Below the pieces are notes generated by a model, which saw nothing but the letters and a program-made list of their open reading frames with translations, was not told the DNA's origin and ran no database searches. A DNA stretch of 64,000 nt, taken from an uncultured Bacteroidales bacterium (GTDB lineage: Bacteria; Bacteroidota; Bacteroidia; Bacteroidales; UBA7960). Numbering within the stretch: the first letter of the stretch is position 1; each line of letters starts with the position of its first letter. Location of the stretch: NCBI GenBank assembly GCA_964477035.1, contig CAYZCW010000003.1, positions 31,540 through 95,539 of the forward strand. Reading direction: 5' to 3'. Below, piece by piece: positions 18,511 through 29,607 of the stretch. The position numbers and the translations under genes are program-made.

Positions 18511-19179
18511 TTACTTTCTGTTTGGTTTCAGAACCCCTCTGGCGGGGTCGTCATGGGTCCCCTGAAGGTCCATTGCCAGCTGAAACACCGGCCTGAACGA
18601 CCGGCGGTGCAACGGGCTGGGGCCCCATTGCAGGAGGGCCTCCCTGTGCTGTTTCGTCGGATAGCCCATATTGCGGTCCCAGCCATACTGCGGATACAGC
18701 CGGTGTTGTTGCTGCATGTGCTCATCCCGCGCGGTCTTCGCGAGGATGGAGGCCGCCGCGATGGCCGCGAACCTCCCGTCTCCCCCGATGCAGCAGCGAT
18801 GGGGGATGTCGTCGAACGGCCGGAAACGGTTGCCGTCCACCAGCAGGAATGCCGGTCTGACGGCAAGCCTCCCGATGGCCAGATGCATGGCCTGTATGCT
18901 GGCCTGCAGGATGTTCATGCGGTCGATTGCCTCGTTGCCGACCCAGGCCACCCCCGAGGCAACCGCCTCCTGCAGGATCTGTCCGCGCAGGACTTCACGC
19001 GCCTTGCTGTGCAATTGTTTGGAATCCCTCAGGCCCATCCTCAGGGCATCGCTCATCCGCTCCGGCAGGATGACCGCCGCAGCGAACACGGGACCGGCAA
19101 GGCAGCCCCTGCCGGCTTCGTCGCAACCGGCTTCGGGCAATACGGCCCCCACGGGATGCAACAGAGGCCGGTGCATCAC
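18511..19179 (-). CDS. rnhB: Ribonuclease HII
   Basis: Contains AGCDEAGRGCLAGPVFAAAVIL and DSKQL, SILAK motifs. It overlaps the purQ stop by 4 bp. Confidence 0.9.
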   Translation of the reverse strand: MMHRPLLHPVGAVLPEAGCDEAGRGCLAGPVFAAAVILPERMSDALRMGLRDSKQLHSKAREVLRGQILQEAVASGVAWVGNEAIDRMNILQASIQAMHLAIGRLAVRPAFLLVDGNRFRPFDDIPHRCCIGGDGRFAAIAAASILAKTARDEHMQQQHRLYPQYGWDRNMGYPTKQHREALLQWGPSPLHRRSFRPVFQLAMDLQGTHDDPARGVLKPNRK

Positions 19180-19871
19180 GAACGGACGACGCCCTGAATG
19201 ATGCCTTCAAAAATACGGAGCCCGTCGGTATTCCCCAGTGCCTGGTCTGCCGCCCTTTCGGGATGGGGCATCATGCCAAACACATTGCGGCCCTCGTTGC
19301 AGATGCCGGCAATGTTGTTGACCGAACCGTTGGGATTGGCCTCCGGAGTGACCCGTCCTTCCTCGTCGCAATACCGGAACAGGACCTGCTGGTTGCGGAT
19401 CAGCCTGTCGATCACCTCATCCGAAGCGTAAAAACGCCCTTCCCCGTGGGCAATGGGAATCTTCAGGGGGCTGCCGGGAATGGTGGCCGCAGTGACCAGG
19501 GTCTGGTCGGTCTGGCTGCAAATAAATGTATTGCGGCAGATGAAGCGGTGGGTGGGGTTGTGCAGCAGGGCTCCCGGCAACAGGTGGGCCTCACACAGGA
19601 TCTGGAACCCGTTGCAGATGCCCAGCACATGGCCCCCGGCATTCGCAAAGGCGATCACCGAGTTCATGATGGGCGAAAAGCGGGCAATGGCCCCGGAGCG
19701 CAGGTAGTCTCCATAGGAGAACCCGCCCGGGAGCACAATGAAATCACAGTCCTGCAGATCGGTGTCCTTATGCCAGAGGGCGACCACCTCCTTGTTCAGA
19801 ATCTTCCTGAGGACATAAATCATGTCATGGTCGCAGTTGGAGCCCGGGAAAACTACCACGCCGAATTTCAT
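19176..19871 (-). CDS. purQ: Phosphoribosylformylglycinamidine synthase subunit PurQ (glutaminase)
   Basis: Starts MKFGVVVFPGSNCDHD and contains GGFSYGDYLR, LGICNGFQIL and MPHPER. The start was trimmed to the second ATG. Confidence 0.9.
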   Translation of the reverse strand: MKFGVVVFPGSNCDHDMIYVLRKILNKEVVALWHKDTDLQDCDFIVLPGGFSYGDYLRSGAIARFSPIMNSVIAFANAGGHVLGICNGFQILCEAHLLPGALLHNPTHRFICRNTFICSQTDQTLVTAATIPGSPLKIPIAHGEGRFYASDEVIDRLIRNQQVLFRYCDEEGRVTPEANPNGSVNNIAGICNEGRNVFGMMPHPERAADQALGNTDGLRIFEGIIQGVVRS

Positions 19872-19925
19872 GGGGTACACTTTGAAAGGGTTAAAAGCGG
19901 GAGTTCAAAGGTATGAAAAAACAAT

Positions 19926-20918
19926 TTACCAGCCTGAAAGCTTCCCTGCCAGAATCAGCAATACAAGAGCCAGCAGCGCCAGTTCTCCCGGCAGCCTGCT
20001 TCGGAGCTGGTGCAGGTAGGCCGCGAGGCCCGCGCTCAGGGGCAGGAAAACCAGTCCCAGGTGGTACTCCCTGAACGGCTCGTTGAACCCCAGGGACAGC
20101 AGGGCGGTGGCCATCAGGTATACGATTACCCAGAAGCGCTTCCTGGTCCGTATGGGCTTGTCGGGAATGTAGGAAAACACCAGGCGGAAAAACGCCAGCA
20201 GGCCGAACAGCCCGGCATAGGCCAGGAATACCTTATACAGCAAAGGAAGGGCGGTCACGGAAGGGCCAATCAGCCGCAGTGGCAACACCGGGTCCTGCAG
20301 GCCTTCCGGCAGGCGGTCTGTCAGGAACAGGTAGAGGGCCAGGAAGAAAAAGGGGGTGGCTAGGCCCAGCAGCGCCGCCAGGATGCTCCTCAGGTCAATG
20401 ATATAGAAAATAAACAGGCTGAAGAGCAGGAAGAGGAAGAAGACCAGCGCCGGCACGTAGAAAAGGCCCGCCAGGGCGATCAGCAGCCCGACATTGAATA
20501 CCTCGATCAGCACCATCTCCTCATTATAGGTCCTGAGCACCTGGTTCAGGCCGAGCATCAGGAAAAAATTGGCGATGAGCACCGGATGCATGTATAGCAT
20601 GCCGGGGCCCGCCCCCATGAGCAACAGGTAGATGATGGCCGTCAGGAAGGAGTACCGCTCCATCAGCCCATGCGAGGTAAGAATGTAATTCAGGTAGGCC
20701 GACTGCAGCAGGAGGAAGGCCAGCGCCATCCAGAATCCTGTGCGCGGGTGCTGCTGCAGGACCCCCTGGAGGACGGCGTAGAGGGGGGCCGGGTTTTCCG
20801 TCGGATAAAACCATGCCGGACTGGCGGCCATAAAGGCTTCCGCCCACAGCAGAATGCCTGTCAGCACAAACAGCAGGGCGGTCAGGGACCGAAATTTCTC
20901 AAAGGCCTTGAGCAGCAT
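19926..20918 (-). CDS. Polytopic integral membrane protein of unknown function
   Basis: 330 aa with about 9-10 hydrophobic helices, no cysteines and no recognisable catalytic motif. Codon usage and position (between purD and purQ) support a real gene. Confidence 0.6.
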   Translation of the reverse strand: MLLKAFEKFRSLTALLFVLTGILLWAEAFMAASPAWFYPTENPAPLYAVLQGVLQQHPRTGFWMALAFLLLQSAYLNYILTSHGLMERYSFLTAIIYLLLMGAGPGMLYMHPVLIANFFLMLGLNQVLRTYNEEMVLIEVFNVGLLIALAGLFYVPALVFFLFLLFSLFIFYIIDLRSILAALLGLATPFFFLALYLFLTDRLPEGLQDPVLPLRLIGPSVTALPLLYKVFLAYAGLFGLLAFFRLVFSYIPDKPIRTRKRFWVIVYLMATALLSLGFNEPFREYHLGLVFLPLSAGLAAYLHQLRSRLPGELALLALVLLILAGKLSGW

Positions 20919-20936
20919 GCCGTGTTGTCTTGGACA

Positions 20937-22214
20937 TCAGGGCAACAGGTCCTTGCCGATGTCGTAGCGGAAATATTTTCCCCGGTAATCGATCTGGCGG
21001 ACGCTTTCATAGGTCCTGGCCAGGGCTTTTGCGGCGTTGTCGCCCAGGGAGGTCACCGCAAGCACCCGCCCCCCGCTCGTTTTGTACATGGCCTCTTCCT
21101 TGCGCACACCGGCATAAAACACCAGGCTGTCCGTGACCCGCTCCAGATTGTGGATCATGTGGCCCGTATCGTAGTTTCCGGGATAGCCTCCCGAGGCCAG
21201 CACCACCGTGGCGGCATGTCTGGAGGTCACCTCCAGGCTGTACCCTTCCAGCCTGCCGCTGCCCGCGGCCTCCAGCAAGTCCAGCAGATCGGAGTCGATG
21301 CGGGGCAGGATGGCCTGGGTTTCGGGATCGCCCAGCCGCACGTTGTATTCGATCACGTAAGGATCCTCCCCCACCACCATCAGCCCCAGGAACAGGAAGC
21401 CACAGTAGCGGATGCCTTCCCGGGAAAGGCCGTCGATGGTGGGACGGATGATGCGTTGCTCTACCTTCTGCATGAAGGCCTTGCCGGCAAAAGGCACGGG
21501 GGATACGGCGCCCATGCCACCCGTGTTCGGCCCCGTGTCCTCCTCCCCTATGCGTTTATAATCCTTGGCCGCCGGCAGAAGGACATGGCTTTTGCCATCG
21601 GTCAGCACGAACACCGACACTTCCACCCCCTGCAGAAATTCCTCCACCACCACCGTGGCCGAAGCCTGCCCGAACAGTTCGCCGGACAACATCTCATCGA
21701 GGGTTTCCTCCGCTTCCTCCAGCGAATCACAGATGATGACCCCCTTCCCGGCCGCCAGCCCATCGGCCTTGAGCACATAGGGTGCGGTCAGGGTTTTCAG
21801 AAAGGCCTTCCCTTCTTCCAGGGTCTCCCTGGTGAAGGAACGGTAGGCGGCCGTGGGGATGCCGTGCCGCATCATGAAGGCTTTGGCAAATGCCTTGCTT
21901 CCCTCCAGGCGGGCCCCCGCAGCGGAAGGCCCCACGAACAGGACCTTCGCCAGCCGCTCGTCCTGTGAAAAGTAATCCGCCACCCCTTTGACCAGGGGTT
22001 CTTCGGGTCCCACCACCACCATCCCGATGTCCCGTTCCAGGACAAACCGGCCCAGGGCTTCAAAATCGGTGGTTTTCAAGGGAACGTTTTCTCCGAGAAG
22101 GGCGGTGCCCGCATTGCCCGGCGCACAGAACAGTTTGTCACAACGGGGGCTTTGGGAAAGCTTCCAGACCAGGGCGTGCTCCCGCCCGCCGGATCCCAGT
22201 ACCAGGACGTTCAT
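20937..22214 (-). CDS. purD: Phosphoribosylamine--glycine ligase
   Basis: Starts MNVLVLGSGGREHALVWKL and contains an ATP-grasp core (KADGLAAGKGV, EEFLQG.E.S) and GVRKEE...SGGRVLAV. Confidence 0.95.
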   Translation of the reverse strand: MNVLVLGSGGREHALVWKLSQSPRCDKLFCAPGNAGTALLGENVPLKTTDFEALGRFVLERDIGMVVVGPEEPLVKGVADYFSQDERLAKVLFVGPSAAGARLEGSKAFAKAFMMRHGIPTAAYRSFTRETLEEGKAFLKTLTAPYVLKADGLAAGKGVIICDSLEEAEETLDEMLSGELFGQASATVVVEEFLQGVEVSVFVLTDGKSHVLLPAAKDYKRIGEEDTGPNTGGMGAVSPVPFAGKAFMQKVEQRIIRPTIDGLSREGIRYCGFLFLGLMVVGEDPYVIEYNVRLGDPETQAILPRIDSDLLDLLEAAGSGRLEGYSLEVTSRHAATVVLASGGYPGNYDTGHMIHNLERVTDSLVFYAGVRKEEAMYKTSGGRVLAVTSLGDNAAKALARTYESVRQIDYRGKYFRYDIGKDLLP

Positions 22215-22257
22215 GTTGGTCGATTTCATTTCAGGTATCGGGTTTTGGGGGATGACC

Positions 22258-24348
22258 CTATTTCAGTCCGTCCCTTTCCAGCAGGGCGTCTGGCGTGGGC
22301 TCCTGCCCACGGAACCGCCTGTACAGGACCATGGGATGCTCCGAGCCCCCTTTGGACAGGATGTGCTCGCGGAAAGAAGCCGCCGTTGCCCTGTCAAAGA
22401 TACCATTTTCGCTGAACACCTTAAAGGCGTCCGCATCCAGGACTTCCGACCATTTGTAGCTGTAGTAGCCGGCCGAGTAACCGCCGGCAAAGATGTGGGC
22501 AAACACCGGACTGAACAGGGCACCGTCCACCGGCGGAAGGAGCGCCGCCGGCTCCATGGCGTGACGTTCGAATGCCAGTATGTCGCCTTCAAAGGGGCTG
22601 GTGAGGCCATGCCATGCCATGTCATTCATGCCGAAACCCAGTTGCCTGAGGATGGCGTAGCCTGCGTTGAAGTTGCGTGCTTCTATGATCTTGCGGACGA
22701 GCCCGGCCGGGATGGGCTCGCCGCTCTGGTAGTGCACGGCGAACAGATCCAGAAACTCTTTTTCGAGCGACCAGTTCTCCATGATCATGGAGGGAAGCTC
22801 CACGAAATCCCGGTACACGCTCGTGCCCGACAGGCCCGGATAGGTCACGTCAGACAGCATCCCGTGCAAGGCGTGGCCAAACTCATGCAGGAAGGTCCGC
22901 ACCTCATTGAACGTCAGAAGGGAGGGCCTGGTGTCGGTGGGTTTGCTGAAGTTGCACACCAGGGAGGTATGCGGCCTGACATCCCGCCCGTCCAGGCGGT
23001 GCTGCTCCCTGAAGCTGGTCATCCAGGCGCCCGGGCTCTTGCCATCGCGCGGAAAGAAATCCAGGTAGAGCACGGACAGGAAGCGGCCGTCGCCGTCGAA
23101 CACCTCATAGACCTCCACATCCGGATGATAGACCGGAATGCCCTCGTTGCGTTCGTAACGCAAACCCCACAGGCGTCCTGTCAACCCGAAAATCCCCTGC
23201 TTGACCGCCTCCAGTTCAAAGTAAGGCCTGAGGGCTTCCTCATCCAGATCGTAGCGTGCCTTGCGCAATTTCTCGGAGTAATAGGCCCAGTCCCAGGGCA
23301 TCAGGTCGTCCACCCCATGCATCTCCCGGGCCACTTCAGAGACCTCCGACAACTCCTTTTCAGCCGTGGGCCGGGCGGCGTCCAGCAGTTGCTGCAACAG
23401 CGCGTTCACCTTGTCCGGATGTTCCGCCATGCGCTCCTCCAGGACAAAGTGGGCGTGGGTGGGGTAACCCAGCAGCAGGGCGCGTTCCAGCCGCAGGTTG
23501 GCGATCCGGCGAAGGACCTCCTTGTTGTCGTGGTCGTTATCCTGGTTGGCCCTCATGGTGTAGGCCATGTACAACTGCCTGCGCAAATCCCGGCTGTCGG
23601 CATACTGCATGAACGGCCCGAAGCTGGGTGCCTGCAGCGAAAAGGCCCACCCCTCCAGTCCGCGGTTCCTGGCCAGCAGGGCAGCCGCCTCCACGGCCGT
23701 TTCCGGCAGGCCGGCAAGGTCTGCGGCATCGGTCAGGTGCAGGACAAATGCATTGGTTTCGGCCAGGACATTGTCCTGGAACTGCAGCGACAGGTCCGAC
23801 AATTCCCTCGAAATTTCCCTCAGCCGGGCCTGACCGTCCGCATCCAGGCTGGCCCCGTTGCGTGCAAAGCGCTTGTAGGTCTTTTCCAGCAAGGTCGCCT
23901 GTTCAGGGGTCAGGTTCAGGCTTTCGCGGCCCTCATACACTGCCTTGATGCGCTCGAAAAGCCTTTTATTGAAAAGGACGTCGTTCCCATAGTCGGATAC
24001 CAAAGGCGCCACTTCCCGGGCGATCTCCTGCATGCGGCTGTCGGTTTCGGCACTGTTCAGGTTGTAAAACACATTGCTCACCCTGTCCAGCAACCCGCCG
24101 CTGAAGGCAAGCGCCTCAATGGTGTTGGCAAAGGTAGGAGGATCATCCGAGCCGGCGATGGCATCGATCTCTTTCAATCCGGTTTCTATGGCGGCCTGAA
24201 AGGCCGGGGCGTAATGGTCGTGTTCGATCCGGTCGAATGGAGGTGTCTGATGGGGTGCGGGGAATTCAGCCAGAAGGGGGTTGTGTTCCTGCACGCAGGC
24301 CGTGGTGGTCATGGTCATCGCAATTAATAAGTATATAAGTCTTTTCAT
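22258..24348 (-). CDS. dcp: M3-family peptidyl-dipeptidase (Dcp-like) lipoprotein
   Basis: The lipobox is MTMTTTAC, the zinc motif is HEFGHALH, and the C-terminal region is typical of the M3 family. Confidence 0.9.
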   Translation of the reverse strand: MKRLIYLLIAMTMTTTACVQEHNPLLAEFPAPHQTPPFDRIEHDHYAPAFQAAIETGLKEIDAIAGSDDPPTFANTIEALAFSGGLLDRVSNVFYNLNSAETDSRMQEIAREVAPLVSDYGNDVLFNKRLFERIKAVYEGRESLNLTPEQATLLEKTYKRFARNGASLDADGQARLREISRELSDLSLQFQDNVLAETNAFVLHLTDAADLAGLPETAVEAAALLARNRGLEGWAFSLQAPSFGPFMQYADSRDLRRQLYMAYTMRANQDNDHDNKEVLRRIANLRLERALLLGYPTHAHFVLEERMAEHPDKVNALLQQLLDAARPTAEKELSEVSEVAREMHGVDDLMPWDWAYYSEKLRKARYDLDEEALRPYFELEAVKQGIFGLTGRLWGLRYERNEGIPVYHPDVEVYEVFDGDGRFLSVLYLDFFPRDGKSPGAWMTSFREQHRLDGRDVRPHTSLVCNFSKPTDTRPSLLTFNEVRTFLHEFGHALHGMLSDVTYPGLSGTSVYRDFVELPSMIMENWSLEKEFLDLFAVHYQSGEPIPAGLVRKIIEARNFNAGYAILRQLGFGMNDMAWHGLTSPFEGDILAFERHAMEPAALLPPVDGALFSPVFAHIFAGGYSAGYYSYKWSEVLDADAFKVFSENGIFDRATAASFREHILSKGGSEHPMVLYRRFRGQEPTPDALLERDGLK

Positions 24349-24433
24349 GGTATAAAGGTGCTTGGGGTACGGAATGTTTGACGGGGGCGGAAAAACCGCA
24401 CAAGTTTAATCAATTTATTGATTTGATAATTGC

Positions 24434-24441
24434 TATTTTTG
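24434..24441 (+). promoter_or_regulatory. Candidate -7 box (TATTTTTG) for arginine deiminase
   Basis: Exact TAnnTTTG match, 46 nt upstream of the ATG at 24488. Confidence 0.35.
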
Positions 24442-24487
24442 CCGGATAGCCTGATGGAATCGTCCCGCAGGGAAAGTGAACCTTAAA

Positions 24488-25762
24488 ATGCTACCAGCGA
24501 TGCAGGAAAAAATGCCGGCACAGGTGTATTCGGAGATCGGGACCCTGGAAGGGGTCATCATCCATTCCCCCGGTCCGGAGGTGGAAAACATGACCCCCGA
24601 GAATGCGGAAAGGGCCCTGTACAGTGACATCCTGAACCTGGTGGTGGTCCAGAAAGAATACAACCAGTTCAGGGGAATCCTTGAGAAATATGCCCGGACA
24701 TTCGAGATCCGGGACCTGCTGAAGGAAGTGCTCAAAAACGAGAAGGTCAAGGAAAGCCTGATCCAGAATATCTGCCTGAATGAGATGTCGGACTGCATCG
24801 GGGAGGTTCTGACCGCCATGGATGACGACGCCCTGGCCAGGGCACTCATCGAAGGGGTTTGGGTACAAAACGATTCCCTGACCAACTACCTGAGCAAAGA
24901 CCGCTTTTCCCTCAAGCCCCTGCACAACTTTTTCTTTACACGGGATGCCAGCATCTCCATTCATGATATGGTCCTCATCGGATCCATGGCGTCTCCCGTC
25001 AGGTTCCGCGAAACCCTCATCATGGAGGCCATCTTCGACTTCCATCCCCTGCTGAGCACCAGGACACTGAATCCCAACCCCAGAAAAAAGAAGGAGAGCG
25101 GGGTCCTGGTGGAGGGCGGGGACGTGCTGGTGGCGCGCGAAGACATCCTGGTCTGCGGCATCGGGTCAAGAACGAGCGCGCAGGGCATCGATTTCATCAT
25201 GAAGCATCTGAAGGAAAGGAATGAGAAACAACACATCCTGGTGCAGGAACTGCCCATATCCCCCGAATCCTTCATCCACCTGGACATGGTCTTCACATTG
25301 CTCGACCGCGACGTCTGCATGATCTATGAACCCGTGATCATGAAGATGAACAAGTTTCAGACCGTCCACCTCTACGCCGAAGGCGGCAAGGTACAATTCG
25401 TCCGGGAGGTGAAGAACCTGCCCGAGGCCCTCGGCAATCTCGGCATGGACCTGCAACCCGCCCTGTGCGGAGGCGGCAGCGACCAGCGGTACCAGGAGCG
25501 TGAGCAGTGGCATAGCGGGGCCAACTTTTTTGCGCTGGGACCCGGGCAGGTTATTGGTTACGCGCGCAATGTCCGCACCCTGGAGTCCCTCAGCAAGCTG
25601 GGGTTTGAGGTCTACAAGGCCTCCGACATCCTGAAAGGCCGGGTGGAGCAACCCCGCGACGGCCGGTTTGTCATTACCATAGACGGCTCCGAGCTGCCCA
25701 GGGGCGGGGGGGGTGCCCGCTGCATGACCATGCCCGTGAGCCGCAAGCCGCTGGACCAGTGA
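24488..25762 (+). CDS. arcA: Arginine deiminase
   Basis: Contains VYSEIGTLEGVIIHSPGPEVENMTPE, FFTRDA, EGGDVLV and HLDMVFT, and ends ELPRGGGGARCMTMPVSR with the catalytic Cys. Which of the three nearby ATGs is the start is uncertain. Confidence 0.8.
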   Translation: MLPAMQEKMPAQVYSEIGTLEGVIIHSPGPEVENMTPENAERALYSDILNLVVVQKEYNQFRGILEKYARTFEIRDLLKEVLKNEKVKESLIQNICLNEMSDCIGEVLTAMDDDALARALIEGVWVQNDSLTNYLSKDRFSLKPLHNFFFTRDASISIHDMVLIGSMASPVRFRETLIMEAIFDFHPLLSTRTLNPNPRKKKESGVLVEGGDVLVAREDILVCGIGSRTSAQGIDFIMKHLKERNEKQHILVQELPISPESFIHLDMVFTLLDRDVCMIYEPVIMKMNKFQTVHLYAEGGKVQFVREVKNLPEALGNLGMDLQPALCGGGSDQRYQEREQWHSGANFFALGPGQVIGYARNVRTLESLSKLGFEVYKASDILKGRVEQPRDGRFVITIDGSELPRGGGGARCMTMPVSRKPLDQ

Positions 25763-26569
25763 ACAGAAAACCATCCGACATGACACCGACCATGCACACA
25801 AGAGACCTGTTCCGCAGGTCTGCCAGGCGCCACAGGGGCCTCCTTCTTATGGCGGCACTGACCCTGTTGCTGCCCGCCTGCAGCCGGGACCGGCAACGGG
25901 ACACCAACATCGAACAGCCCGCCCACGAACTGGCATCACGCATCCTGGCCCCCGGCATGGGCACCATCGGGCTGGTCCAGGAGGGGAAGGTCTATGTCTA
26001 TTTCATCAACGAACAATACGCCTGGGTGCTGGACAAGCTCTCCCAGTTCAACATCCCGGAAGACAACAACGGCTTGCTCGCCATGGGCATGGGGACCATC
26101 GGGGTGGTGGAGGGAGGGGAGATCCGGTTCTACCGCCTGGATGCTTACAACAACTGGATCAGCGAAGAACGGTTCACATTCAGGCTGCCGCGAAGGTACG
26201 ACCGCCTCATGGCCATGAAAATGCCCTGGGAGATGGGGGTGATCGGCATCGAGCACCATGGGTTTACCGAGTTTTTCTATTTCAGTGAATCAGGGGAGTG
26301 GACCCAGGACGAAACGGCTGTCTTTGAGGTTCCCGAAGGCGTAGACCGCTATTTCCCGCTGGGAAGCATGATGATGGCGGGGGTGGACGGCCACCGCCTG
26401 GGGGTCTATGCCCTGCAGGCCGAGGGAGGCTGGCAGCTGCTGGAAAACCAGGTCCTCCGGCTGCCCGGCGGCTACGAGGCGATCATCCCCTGGGAGCCCG
26501 GGGTGCTGGCCGTCCTTCTGGAAGACCGCCTGGAGTTTTTCCAGCTGGAAACCGAGCAGGGTCGCTGGA

Positions 26570-29425
<2,856 letters not shown>

Positions 29426-29445
29426 GGATAAAAAAATTGAACCTG

Positions 29446-29453
29446 CAAAGGTA
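29446..29453 (-). promoter_or_regulatory. Candidate -7 box (TACCTTTG) for uvrA
   Basis: Exact TAnnTTTG match on the minus strand, 20 nt upstream of the ATG at 29425 and 18 nt from the heptamer array. Confidence 0.45.
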
Positions 29454-29471
29454 GGGGTTTTTGGGGAGAAG

Positions 29472-29576
29472 TTGGCTATTGGCTATTGGCTATTGGCTGT
29501 TGGCTGTTGGCTATTGGCTGTTGGCTGTTGGGTTTAGGCTTTTGGCTGTTGGGGGTTGGTGGTTTGGCGGGGGTTG
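29472..29576. repeat. Heptanucleotide tandem array, 15 units (TTGGCTA x3, TTGGCTG x2, TTGGCTA, TTGGCTG x2, then 7 degenerate units)
   Basis: Strict 7-nt register read directly from the sequence. It lies between the divergent uvrA and MMPL genes. Confidence 0.9.
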
Positions 29577-29578
29577 AC

Positions 29579-29586
29579 TACCTTTG
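29579..29586 (+). promoter_or_regulatory. Candidate -7 box (TACCTTTG) for the MMPL transporter gene
   Basis: Exact TAnnTTTG match, 21 nt upstream of the ATG at 29608 and 2 nt from the end of the heptamer array. Confidence 0.45.
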
Positions 29587-29607
29587 CCCCGTTTTTTCCG
29601 GTAGCTT

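Noticed and set aside
19926-20918. Polytopic membrane protein considered as the missing sorting enzyme (exosortase-like) for the VPLS-x-W tails.
   Set aside because: The protein contains no cysteine at all, whereas exosortase/archaeosortase-type transpeptidases need a catalytic Cys. Nothing links it to the two substrates.
29472-29576. Possibility that the tandem arrays are CRISPR arrays.
   Set aside because: The units are 7 nt and contiguous, with no unique spacers. No cas genes and no leader are present.
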